DNA of 64,000 nucleotides, taken from contig OZ024746.1 in the NCBI GenBank assembly GCA_964016885.1, positions 20,522,001 to 20,586,000 on the forward strand, given 5' to 3'. Below the pieces are notes generated by a model. That model made no database searches, was not told the origin of the DNA, and saw nothing but the letters and a program-made list of their open reading frames with translations. Below are positions 15,486-28,233 of the stretch, piece after piece; position 1 is the first letter of the stretch, and each line of letters begins with the position of its first letter. The translations under genes were made by a program, and so were the position numbers. Source of the stretch: Eledone cirrhosa (Eukaryota).

Positions 15486-15951
15486 TGTTCTTATTACAGA
15501 AAATATGGGAATCCAAACGCAGAATATAACTATAACAACACCTTAAAAGTAATACGGCACACGTATGTAAATATACGAGTGATACAGAGTTCGATTCTCG
15601 GTAGCGGCTGCTGACTATTTTTCCGTTTCTAAAGCTATTATTTATAGCGATCGACCGTTGTTACAGTATTTTTCTGCGTTTGGATTCCCACATTTTAAAA
15701 TCTCTCAATCTATGTGCGTGCATGCAATTCTTTTTATATGATAAAATTATTCGCTAAAGACATTGAGGAAATTCATGCAGCTTTCTAGTACGACCTACAG
15801 TTTTGCTCGTATCACTCACATATACCACAAAGAGCGCTTCTTTCACGTATGTTTCCCCTAGAAATACACAGCTATGAAATGACAATACAAACATACAGCA
15901 GGACAGTAAGTTTTCCACTTACGGTAAGTCGACATCGATTTGGGAATCGAT

Positions 15952-16059
<108 letters not shown>

Positions 16060-16604
16060 TGTGTAATTTCTTTGTTATTATTACTTTAACAAGGCCCTGT
16101 CACGTATTTGATTGAATGACAAGTTTTTTTCAGTCAGTAGACAAAATTGAGCATAAAGTGGAACTCCCCAAGAGTCTTCGAATCGATTCTGTCCTATTTT
16201 TGTGAAATACAAAATTTTCAAGACTAATGCTCTGACATTTTGTTACAATAGTCTTTACTTCACTATAATTATAATACTGAAGTTAAAATCTGAATATAGA
16301 ATTTGGTAACTTTTTATTTAGTTATTCATAAATATTTTCTTTTTTAGATATGATTTCTGCTGCGCAAATAATTTCTTAAACAGAAAATGTTTATTTTTAT
16401 CTCTGCACGACAGAGTGGTATAACGTCTCAGGAGGCTGCACATCTTATTGAAGTTTTAATAGTCACCGTATACTCTATAAATATTCTTCTATAGGATTCA
16501 ATTGTCATATCGAATATACATAGGTTATATGTATATATATAAATATATGTATGTATATATATGATAAACTAATGATCATGATGATGATAATAATAATAAT
16601 AATA

Positions 16605-16713
16605 ATAATTGTTTCTACGTTAGGCACAAGGCCAGCAATTACCCAGTGTATTACTGGTACTTTATTTTATCGACCCCGTAAGGATGAAAGGCAAAGTTAA
16701 CCTCGGCGAGGTT
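16605..16713 (-). mobile_element. 5'-truncated short-tail SINE in an (AAT)n tract
   Basis: 3' half of the consensus. Confidence 0.85.
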
Positions 16714-16756
16714 AATAATGATATAATAATGATATAATAATGATAATAATAATAAT

Positions 16757-17272
16757 GGTTTCTTTATTGGCCACAAGGGCTAACATGAAGAAAAACATTA
16801 CAGACGGCACAGAACGGTACAGGACGATACAAAATGGGTTTTGGCCGTGTAAAAAAGGTTATAACAAGAAGATAGAAATATCAAAAAAATTCAAACAACA
16901 AAAAATTCCCCAATAGGGGTGAAACTTCCGAGGGTAACTCGTGGCGAAAACCACACAAAAGACCACGGCCACCCTGACCACCAGGGCAAGCGCCTTCTCT
17001 TAGTTTTCCACTCCTCAGTCTACAGGCGCATACTCAGAGCGGGCCCATTCACTCGGACCAGACTCGCCACTTTCACCCACCTTTCAACAAAGTTATTTGA
17101 AGACAGCACTTGTCTCTCCACTCTGATTTTCCTCTTCAAGTGAAATTTGAAAAAGTTAATCAGGGATTCGCCGAAGAGGAAAGTGTCCGTCTTCAATCCT
17201 TTAAACTTTGTCCACCATACAATCTCTTTCGCCATAGCCACCAGGCAGATGAAAACTGCCTGTCCTTCCTCC
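16757..17272 (-). mobile_element. 3' fragment of a Tx1/L1-type LINE
   Basis: ORF 17020-17241 (AMAKEIVWWT..GL..FF..H..RKIRVERQVL...ERWV..A...RVNGP) aligns by eye with the C-terminus of ORF 60791-62023; AATAAAGAAA at the 3' end. Confidence 0.85.
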
Positions 17273-17573
17273 GATAATAATAATTGGTTCTACAATAATA
17301 ATAGTAATACATACATGCATACATACATGCATACATACGTACATACATGCATACATACATACATACGTACATACATATATAAGCGACAATAAAATTACAA
17401 ATGGAACTTAGATATGAAAAAAACTTTTGAAAGCTGTTTGAGCGAAACCGGTTGAATACAAAAACTATTCTTTTTGGTGTAAATTCTTTTCATTGTGTAC
17501 TATACACGTGGCATGTATATATAATACATAAAAACACAGTCTGTGCTTTTTTCAAATCTTTATTATTATTTTA

Positions 17574-17617
<44 letters not shown>

Positions 17618-17622
17618 TATAT

Positions 17623-17714
<92 letters not shown>

Positions 17715-17719
17715 GTGTG

Positions 17720-17781
<62 letters not shown>

Positions 17782-18063
17782 AGTAAGTATAAAGTGTATA
17801 TAAAGTATATTATATGCACTATATGCTTCATGAATGTGGAACAGATTAATGCATTTTCAATGATTTATTAAAAACAATACGTATTTTACACAAATATTAA
17901 AAATATACTTTGAGCATAACATATCACTGTGAAAGTATACCTGTTACACACATTACACACTGTCAACAAAGTTTCTATACATACCTATTCAATCTATTAG
18001 AAACAGCAGCCAGATTTCTTCTTGAGTCTTAAAAAAAAGGATAGATATATTGGACATTATCCA

Positions 18064-18255
18064 GGGCGGTGAATTGGCAGTATTGGTAGAGGGTCGGACG
18101 CCATGCTTTGACACATAGTGTTACGGTCCTTGTCATTCTGAGTTCAAATCCCGCCGAGGTTAACTTTGCCTTTTATCCTTACGGGGCCGATAAAATAAAG
18201 TACCAGTAATGTACTGGGTAATTGCTGGCCTTATGCCAATAGTAGAAACAATTAT
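18064..18255 (+). mobile_element. Full-length short-tail SINE
   Basis: ggcggtgaattggcagtattgg...gagttcaaatcccgccgagg...gtagaaacaattat. Confidence 0.9.
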
Positions 18256-18589
18256 CCTGATATATCTCACCCTACGTCGTTAAGAGGTTCCAGACGTCAT
18301 GACTTAATTCGAAAAACAACCAATGTCAAATTAACCCCCTGTAAACCATTAATACATTATAATACACCACATTATTTTATGCTGTGTATTTTAGCATTTA
18401 TTTAAATATGATTTTATGTTTTTATTGGTTAATTTTTAGTGTTTTTATGGTTTAATACTTTTGAGAAAATATATTAAGAAAAATCGCTGTAACTTTGAAA
18501 TTGAAAATGGCGAAACTCGGAACGACGTAAGCCGAGGTACACATCGATTTTAGATAAAACAAAATGATGTGATGGTTATGCCGTGAATC

Positions 18590-18620
<31 letters not shown>

Positions 18621-18647
18621 AACACGCATACACACATATATATGTGT

Positions 18648-18930
18648 CTATCTATCTATCTATTTATCTAGCTATCTATCTGTTTGTCTATCTACTATCT
18701 ATCTATCTGTCTGTCTGTCTGTCTATCTATCTGTTTGTCTATCTACTATCTGTCTGTCTATCTGTCTGTCTATCTATCTGTTTGTCTATCTACTATCTGT
18801 CTGTCTATCTATCTGTCTGTCTATTTATCTATCTGTCTATTTATCTATCTGTCTATCTATCTGTCTGTCTATCTATCTGTCTGTCTATTTATCTATCTGT
18901 CTATCTATCTGCCTGTCTATCTATCTATAT
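18648..18930. repeat. (TCTA)n/(TCTG)n microsatellite
   Basis: Direct reading. Confidence 0.93.
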
Positions 18931-19630
18931 ATCAATAAACTCCCCCACTGTGTATTTGTCCCCTTCTTTTGTGCCCTCGTGGCAAATAAATAGAAATTTA
19001 TCTATCTATATATCAATAAAAGATTCAGGTTTATTTAAAATCAGTTACACATATTTCGCTGAGGACTATCAGTTATGATGGCCTGATATACTGGTAATAT
19101 AATAAAGAAGAAAGACAAAAGAAGAATAATGGAGAAGGAGTAGGAGGAGGAGGAGGAAAGATAAAAGAGAAGGACGAGAAAGAGAATTACAGGAAGGGGA
19201 GAGGGAAGAAGAAAGAAAGAAGAAAAAGAAGTAGAGGTTGGAGAATAGGAAGAAAACGAATTAAAATGAGAAGAAAAGTAAAAAAAACGATATTAAATCA
19301 ATAGTTGACAACAGAAATATGAAATATTTTATGAAGAATATCGTTAAAAATAACTGTAAAGATCATTCAAAGAATCTGTATTATCAGATCCATCTCCGTC
19401 CGTCTGCCACACGAACGCTGACAATGCAACGAAATTGTTTATCTTTGTTGTTTTCAAAAAGCCAGAAGTCAGCGTTCTATCTGTCAACAGTGCTATTTAT
19501 CTGTGTCTGTTTCTGTTTCTCTCTCTCTTCTATCTATCTATCTTTAGCAGAAAAATAATATTATGCCTACATGGCATAATATTAATAAGAAAGAATAGTT
19601 GTTATTGTTGTTATTTGTTATAGTGAGAAA

Positions 19631-20509
19631 TGTAAGGTCTGTTAAGTGAGAGAGAGGCCATGTTAGCCATAAAGTGAATGTTTGTTGAAGAAGTTGTAGT
19701 TCATTGTAGGCTCTGTAGAAAATAATATGAGACTTTATAATATTTTACAAGCTTTATTTACAACCGACCAAGTTAAGCTGGGTTGACAAGTCAAAAGTCA
19801 AAGAAAGGAACAAACGAAATTAAGAGTTTTAAGAATTAAAGAAAAGGCGCTGTGCCGGGCCAAAGGAGGCTGACAGGCCAAAGTGAAAATCTCACCGTTA
19901 CCTGATTGCGTGTTCACCTTTCAGAGTCCAAAGCAGCAAGAGAGAGATTTTCGAATCACCGCGGTAATTTTTCCCTCTGGGTGGAAGTCGAGATACATTC
20001 TCCTACGCTGATAGCGATTGGCTGAACTGAGCCAAACAACGTACGGAGAATGTATCCATGAGCCCTCGGAATGTAGGTCGCTACAATACCCCCTATCGAG
20101 TCTGCAAGACGATATATAAGATTGAATCAGCAGGAAAAATGCTGAAAGAGCACTTCAATGAAAAAATTGAACAAAAGAATGCACGCAAAAAGAAAAATGA
20201 GGCGCCAAGGGCCGTGTTGAGCCGCTGTCAAATGACTAGCTGTTTTGCTATTTATGCGTGACTACCCGGGGTCTAACAGAAAACGGATAAAGTCTGACAG
20301 GCCAAAGTGAAAATCTCACCGTAACATGATTGCGTGTTCACCTTTCAGAGTCCAAAGCAGCAAGAGAGAGATTTTTGAATCGCCGCGGGAGTTTTCCCCT
20401 CTGGGTGGAAGTCGAGATACATTCTCCTACACTGATAGCGATTGGCTGAACTGAACCAAACAACGTACGGAGAATGTATCCATGAGCCCTCGGAATGTAG
20501 GTCACTACA
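19631..20509 (-). mobile_element. LTR retrotransposon remnant: one LTR plus a partial second LTR
   Basis: 216-bp direct repeats 19870-20085 and 20294-20509, each starting TGTAG on the minus strand; the left copy runs to ...ccttACA (19631), contains AATAAA and is preceded by purine-rich agggggta. No TSD found. Confidence 0.55.
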
Positions 20510-20561
20510 TCTCCCTCCCTCCCTCCCTCCCTCCCTCCCTCTCCCTCCCTCTCTCTCTCTG

Positions 20562-20594
<33 letters not shown>

Positions 20595-20679
20595 GTTATA
20601 TTTAATTTGTTGGGATACAACAAGCAAAATATTTTTTATAACTGATATAAAGCACTCAACAAATTATTGGAGTAAATAT

Positions 20680-21318
20680 ACAATATATTAACAAATGGAA
20701 ACTATATTTATAAAACCATATTTATTTCATTATACATATTTCAAGGGCAACCAAGGCAGATTATGGTGCGCTTTCATCAGATAAAATATAATATAGATTA
20801 GTTTTATAAATAAATATTGACATACCCTGAAAAATGCAACCTTCACAGTTGGAGTCTCCTGGATAGTGGAGATATTAGATTTATTGTTGGTTTATTATGC
20901 AAATTAGTGTCGGAAAGGTTTAAATAACAGTATATTTAAATTACGCTATTACTCTATCCCACTGGCAAAAAGTGGATTTAAACAATTCCTTTTCATTTTC
21001 TTCCTTATTCTCTTTCTCTTTTCCCTCTTCCAACAGCTTAATTTAAATATACTGTAATTTAAATATACTGTTATTTAAACCTTTCCGACACTAATTTGCA
21101 TAATAAACCAACAATAAATCTAATATCTCCATTATCCAGGAGACTCCAACCGTGAAGGTTGCATTTTTCAGGGTATGTCAATGTTTATTTATAAAACTAA
21201 TCTATATTATATTTTATCTGATGAAAGCGCACCATAATCTGCCTTGGTGGCCCTTGGAATATGTATAATGAAATAAATATGGTTTTATAAATATAGTTTC
21301 CATTTGTTAATATATTGT
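20680..21318. repeat. Long inverted repeat (265-bp arms, ~110-bp spacer)
   Basis: 20680-20944 is the reverse complement of 21054-21318 with few mismatches. Confidence 0.95.
20724..20787 (-). ncRNA. Type-I hammerhead ribozyme motif, canonical core
   Basis: attttat-CTGATGA-aagcgcacca..tggttgccctt-GAAA-tatgta-TA-atgaaat: 7-bp stem I, long stem II. The mirror copy at 21211-21274 has GAAA changed to GGAA. Confidence 0.6.
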
Positions 21319-21452
21319 GTGTATATATATATATATATATTTTGACGTTATAGTCACTTATATATTATGAAATACTGTTGGCTTCACGCTCACAACAATT
21401 TCTATACTTTAATTTATATATATATATATATATATATGCATATGTATATATA

Positions 21453-21678
21453 TAAAGTGATATTATTGAAAAAATGAGAGGAACAATTAAAAAAAGGGGT
21501 ATTATAATGTATATAGAATATATATAAAATATATCCGGTTTCGATGTATCAGTGTAATCCATCTTATCAAATGTTGAATATTACATCGAAAACGGATATA
21601 TCTTATATATATTCTATATACATAATAAGACCCCTTTTAAAAAAAATTTTCCTCCCATTTTTTTAATAATATCACTTT
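21453..21678. repeat. Imperfect inverted repeat containing a degenerate hammerhead-like motif (minus strand, 21528-21575)
   Basis: Arms aaagtgatattatt...atccggtttcgatgta and tacatcgaaaacggat...aataatatcacttt; minus strand reads TTGATAA-GATG..CATC-GAAA-CCGG. Confidence 0.75.
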
Positions 21679-22063
21679 TACGAATCAAAGATGTATTAAG
21701 AAAAACAGATCCTTTATATATATATTTCGTGCTATTTCCTATTTAACTTTTTCTCTATAACCTCTGTTTTGTATAGAACCTTACTTCCTTTATATATATA
21801 ACGGCGGCTAAGAAATACTTGAATTTGCACCCGCCTTCCTTCCTAGCTCAGTCAGATAATAATGTGAAGGATCTCTTAATATTTTATATACATATATTTA
21901 ACACACATACTAACGCAAACATAACCAAAACAAACACAGACACACACACAGAAACAGACACACACACACACACATAGATATATACGTACATATACATACA
22001 CAAATATGTGGTATGTATGTATTGATATATGTGCATACTATACATACATCATAAACATATACT

Positions 22064-22161
<98 letters not shown>

Positions 22162-22245
22162 CATACATATATATATACATACATATATATATACATACAT
22201 ATATATATACATATATATATATACACATATATATATACATATATA

Positions 22246-22531
22246 TATAAAGAAAAAGGGATGAAATCGAAAATGCAACTGAAGTCTTATTTTTTTAAAA
22301 AATATATATATTTATTTGGTTCCTTTACCGGTTTCGCAGTTCTTCTGCTTTTCAAAAGGTGAGTTGAGATGGAGGGTCTGTGGTTTTTAAAAACCACAGA
22401 CCCTCCATCTCAACTCACCTTTTGAAAAGCAGAAGAACTGCGAAACCGGTAAAGGAACCAAATAAATATATATATTTAAAAAAAAAATAAGACTTCAGTT
22501 GCATTTTCGATTTCATCCCTTTTTCTTTATA
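22246..22531. repeat. Near-perfect spacerless palindrome (143-bp arms) between (TA)n tracts
   Basis: Centre ttttt|aaaaa at 22388/22389. Confidence 0.97.
22418..22455 (+). ncRNA. Minimal hammerhead motif with U3/A8 variant core (mirror copy on minus strand at 22322-22359)
   Basis: cctt-TTGAAAA-gcag-aagaa-ctgc-GAAA-ccgg-TA-aagg; stems I and II perfect, palindromic ACCGGT stem III. Confidence 0.65.
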
Positions 22532-22602
22532 CTTCCACTCGTGTAGGACACCTCGGTTATTTTTCATTTTGTAAAAAAAAAAACCTCACTTTCTAACATA
22601 TA

Positions 22603-22680
<78 letters not shown>

Positions 22681-22681
22681 C

Positions 22682-22732
<51 letters not shown>

Positions 22733-22749
22733 CATATATATATACATAC

Positions 22750-22814
<65 letters not shown>

Positions 22815-22851
22815 GATACATATATATATATACATACATATATATATATAC

Positions 22852-22914
<63 letters not shown>

Positions 22915-24027
22915 CTGTAGTTGAGGGAGTCAAATCAAGCCCAGCCAAAGTCAGTAGTGGAGTCCCACAAGGCACTGTGTTGGGCCCACTTCTCTTCATC
23001 ATCTATATTAATGACATCACTGACATCATCAAACACAGCAACATTAAAATTTTCGCTGATGATTCCAAGCTCCAAAAGGTCATCAATGGCGTGGATGACC
23101 GGATAAGCCTTCAGTCAGACCTACTGGCTGTTACCCAATGGGCAGAAAAGAATAACATGTTACTGAACGAAGACAAATTCGAACTGATCCACTTTGGAAA
23201 AGAGGATGCTCTGAAACTCCCGTACTCCCTTCCCTCCGGGGAAACTCTCGTGGCATCTAACAACATCAGAGACTTGGGAGTAACCGTGGACAGCAACATA
23301 AGCTGGACCACGCATATAAGCAGCAAAGTTGACATGGCCCGCAGAATGTGTTCCTGGATCCTCAGAACCTTCCAGTCGAGAGATTCCCGCACCATTATCC
23401 TTCTCTTCTCTACTTTCGCCCGACCACACCTTGAATACTGTTGTCCACTGTGGTCTCCCCACACGAAACAAAGTATCATGAAACTTGAAGCTCCTCAAAG
23501 GGCAATCACGAAAAAGATAGATGGCATGTCAGACCTTGACTACTGGGGTCGATTGGAAAACCTGAAACTTTACTCACTCCAACGTCGCCGTGAGCGTTAT
23601 ATTATCTGCATGATGTGGAAAATGTTCCATCATCACTGCCCAAATGATGTTGGCATCGCCTTCAAGATACACCCAAGGCCTGGGCCCCGTGCTATCCGTC
23701 CCATTCAAAAATCTAAATCGCAACTCATAACAACAATACGGCACAATTATTTCACCTCAATCGGCCCTGCTCTCTTCAACATCACACCAGGACACGTCAA
23801 AACAGAAACTGACCACACAAAATTCAAGAAGTCTTTGGACAAATTCCTCCAAGTAATCCCGGACAAACCACCCACACCCGGATATGTCTCCGCAAACAGT
23901 AATTCTCTTCTCGAATGGGCCATGGTGCCCAAATCCTGAATTGAAAGACTTCGCCAGGTGGTGCTATTAAGTTAGACATGGCCTGGGCCAATACTGGCCA
24001 AAACATTTCAAAGTTATTCAAAGTTAT
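22915..24027 (+). mobile_element. 5'-truncated CR1-group LINE inserted in (TA)n
   Basis: RT motifs [33 protein letters not shown]; short 3' UTR ending (ttcaaagtta)2. Confidence 0.9.
22917..23939 (+). CDS. LINE ORF2 reverse transcriptase, C-terminal part (5' partial, uninterrupted)
   Basis: Open frame [19 protein letters not shown]... to the stop at 23939. Confidence 0.85.
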   Translation, partial: VVEGVKSSPAKVSSGVPQGTVLGPLLFIIYINDITDIIKHSNIKIFADDSKLQKVINGVDDRISLQSDLLAVTQWAEKNNMLLNEDKFELIHFGKEDALKLPYSLPSGETLVASNNIRDLGVTVDSNISWTTHISSKVDMARRMCSWILRTFQSRDSRTIILLFSTFARPHLEYCCPLWSPHTKQSIMKLEAPQRAITKKIDGMSDLDYWGRLENLKLYSLQRRRERYIICMMWKMFHHHCPNDVGIAFKIHPRPGPRAIRPIQKSKSQLITTIRHNYFTSIGPALFNITPGHVKTETDHTKFKKSLDKFLQVIPDKPPTPGYVSANSNSLLEWAMVPKS

Positions 24028-24075
24028 ACATACATATATATATATACATACATATATATACATATATATACATAC

Positions 24076-24140
<65 letters not shown>

Positions 24141-24155
24141 CATATATATATATAC

Positions 24156-24190
<35 letters not shown>

Positions 24191-24224
24191 CATATATATA
24201 TACATACATGTATATATACATACA

Positions 24225-24338
<114 letters not shown>

Positions 24339-24379
24339 CATATATATATATATACATACATATATATATATATACATAC

Positions 24380-24414
<35 letters not shown>

Positions 24415-24433
24415 CATACATATATATATATAT

Positions 24434-24506
<73 letters not shown>

Positions 24507-24513
<7 letters not shown>

Positions 24514-24820
24514 ATACTTTGGGAGGGTCATGTTGCCAATAAGAAACACACGCACCAGTTCCTTTCACTTCAATTTATTATAATAAATTTATAAATTTAG
24601 GAATTTATAAATTTCCAGTTGGTTGGTTGGTTCCACAACCAGATGGTTGTTTATATACATATATGACAATATATAAACAACCATCTGGTTGTGGAACCAA
24701 CCAGCCAACCGGAAATTTATAAATTCCTAAATTTATAAATTTATTATAATAAATTGAAGTGAAAGCAACTGGTGCGTGTGTTTCTTATTGGCAACATGAC
24801 TCTCCCAAAGTATAACAATA
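24507..24820. repeat. Inverted repeat (~151-bp arms, 12-bp spacer) next to (TA)n
   Basis: 24507-24657 versus 24670-24820, near-perfect. Confidence 0.95.
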
Positions 24821-24873
24821 TCGGTTTCAACACACGTTTTCAGATAAAGAATCTTGCTAAACAAATTCAGAAA

Positions 24874-24939
<66 letters not shown>

Positions 24940-25192
24940 ACACAAACATACATATATATGTGTATATTTATATATATGTATATGTATATGTATACGTAAA
25001 TGTGTATGTGAGTATACACATACTTCTCTTAATATATAGTTGCATAATGAGTGTCTGTTCGTGCGGCTATATTTGTGTATTGGACCTTCTTATAAGCATA
25101 GGATAACAAGAAAAACTATTGAAAATACATACCGAAAGTTTGTATATATATTACATACACACATACATACACTCTCACACACACACACACGT

Positions 25193-25329
<137 letters not shown>

Positions 25330-25353
25330 CATATATACATATATATACATATA

Positions 25354-25395
<42 letters not shown>

Positions 25396-25442
25396 CATAT
25401 TATATATCTACATATTATATATCTACATATATATATACATAC

Positions 25443-25529
<87 letters not shown>

Positions 25530-26927
25530 GTATGTATACATATATATGTTTATGTGTGAGTAAATAATTGGAGAAGTAGTTGGTAAGTAAAGTTTCATGC
25601 GGGAATACATTCGTCAGCAAATTCACTGGGCGTATTAACGAATCTCAGTTACCAATTTCCAGTAAAATTACTAGACATACACAGAGACGCATGCGCGAGA
25701 GCATATATACGCACACACTCACCAGACACACACATATATGCGCATACACAGACACGCATACAATCTAGACATATAGAAACACAGATACAGACACACAATC
25801 AAAGAATCCAAGCTCACCAACAAAATGGCCAATGTATGATAGATGTTTTTATAGTACAGAGTTTAGTACAACACGTTGTGAGTCCCAGTTTTGCCAAACA
25901 TTTTATGAAAGTTCCAGGCTGTAGTTCCTTTCTTAATATTTTACTCGGGAGGGAATTGCAAAGCGTTTTTGTTTTTGCTAACACGTGACCTTTACAAACA
26001 GTCAAAGGGTTGTGTGAGATGAATATGATTGACATTTCGTTTGAACATCTGCGAGTAGAAATTTGCAGGAAAATAGGTTGTAATGGAAGGATCATTTTGG
26101 ATTTAGTATGGCTATTAGGTGAGGTGTGAAATGCTGTGTGGGTGACGCGAAGATGGGCGATGGATTGGTAGGGAGGGTCCTGGTAGTATACAATTAGATA
26201 GTTCAGAGAAGCAGAGGTCTTAGCAGTAGAAGTCAGCACGTATATATATACCCGAGAAATCCAAAGAAATCTTATACTAGGCAACACAAGGGCATAATAA
26301 GAGTTATACAATAAAAAACTGACGAAAGATTTATTTATAGCAAGACGTAGAATTAAGTGTTATGGCCATTGACATAAAGAAGCATTTGTAGCGAATAGAA
26401 AATCATAGTCAATAAAATGGTTAGTTTAATATCTTATCCGCCAATCTTATTCACTGAATCTTTATATTGAAAACAAATCATCTATACCAACATAAAAGTT
26501 GGGTCTTTTACTATCTGATGTTAGCAGCTATCTGTAGAATAAGTAAATCATGTGATTGTTCTTCGCTTCCAGCAAAAGTAGCTCGAATCTTTTTTCCAAA
26601 TTTGATGTGCTTAGTTCACTTGAAAATATCTTAAAAACCGTGCAGTTCATTTCAAATTTACTGGAAATGATTCATTCCACGTTGTCGTGTAAGTAATTTC
26701 ATTTTATATATCTATTTAAGTAACAATCATTCTAAAGCACAATGCTGAAACAGTAACATTCTATGCACGAAACTTAAATAAGTCGAAAGAAAGTTATTAG
26801 AAAGCCACTTTGACAGAACATGAATATTGACTCATGAACATGACTCATGAACACAATATGGAGTAGTTAACTTAACGTTACTAATCGGACAAACCCAAGT
26901 ATTCTAGTTTGCTATTATTATTTCAAT

Positions 26928-27320
26928 GGTGGATTGGCAGTATCGGTAGAGGGTCGGACGCCATGCTTTCCAGCATAGTTATGTCCCTTTACGATCTGAG
27001 TTCAAATCCCGCCGAGGTTGACTTTGCCTTTCATCCTTACGGGGTCGATAAAATAAAGTACCAGTAATGCACTGGGTAATTGCTGGCCTTGTGCCTAAAG
27101 TAGAAACAATTATTTCAATTGTCTTATGAGCGGTGGATTGGCAGTATCGGAAGAGGGTCGGACGCCATGCTTTGACGCATTGAGTTACGGCCCTTGCCAT
27201 TCTGAGTTCAAATCCCGCCGAGGTTAACTTTGCCTTTCATCCTTACGGGGTCGATAAAATAAAGTACCAGTAATGTACTGGGTAATTGCTGGCCTTGTGC
27301 CTAACGTAGAAACAATTATT
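26928..27320 (+). mobile_element. Two adjacent full-length short-tail SINEs of different subfamilies
   Basis: Copies ~26928-27113 and ~27128-27320; target sequence attatttcaat(tgtcttat) occurs three times. Confidence 0.92.
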
Positions 27321-27965
27321 TCAATTGTCTTATTTTCTATTTTTATTGTGCGCTTCCACTGCACAACCAAACGCTGCTCAGTATACGTTGGTTACGTGAA
27401 GTGCTATTTTCTATATTGAAAGTAAGTATTGAACACAATAAATGTGTAGAGGAGCTTAACAGTGCTTTTTAGTGCATACTATCTCCATCCAAGCCCTTCT
27501 ACCATAGCCGTTTTCCCAACGCTCATTATCCATTCTATGTTCCCCACCCAGATCCTATAGTAACAATCATACCAAATCTTCGCCCCACATCACACCCCAG
27601 ACGTCAACGTTCTGGAATTCTCGTCCTCGTTTCCCCCACCTCACATCTACACGCAGCTGTTTAAAATGACATCAACCACATCATTGTGATTAGTCTCAGA
27701 GGATCAGCAAAGACCACAAGTATGGTCGCCTCATCTGGACGGAAACTACGAACAAATGACAATTTTTAATCTTATTTTTAGTTAAAATTTTAGATTTCCT
27801 ATAGTTTCTGGTTTTTTTCCTTCCACCCCCTTCAAAAATATCTATTACTTTAGTCTCTGTTATATATTAGTTGGTTTCCTTAAATATAGAGAGTATACTT
27901 GTTCTTTTGTGGTTATTAAAATTTGGTAGATTTTATTCTTTAATATATATTTTTGTTGTTCTACA

Positions 27966-28233
27966 CAGTGCTGGACTTAGCTATAAGCTGAATAAGCTAT
28001 AGCTTAGGGCCACACACCTTTAGGAGCTTCATTTAAAAAAATAATTTTTCTATGCAGCAAATGGAATAATTCAATTAATTAGTTAAACAGAACATTTTGT
28101 AACTAATTCATTTTGTAATCATTAATAAATAATAATCATAAAATATTTATAATTATTTTAACCGAAAATATTTTAGAAAAGGGCCTCAAATTTCATATAA
28201 CTTAGGGCTTCAGCAATTGAAAGTCCGTTCCTG
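27966..28233. mobile_element. hAT-type MITE
   Basis: CAG...CTG ends with imperfect TIR cagtgctggactt/aagtccgttcctg, subterminal cttagggc repeats, 8-bp flanks gttctaca/gtcataca. Confidence 0.6.

Noticed and set aside
25814-26311. 165-aa ORF
   Set aside because: No recognisable motifs; likely chance or decayed TE sequence.
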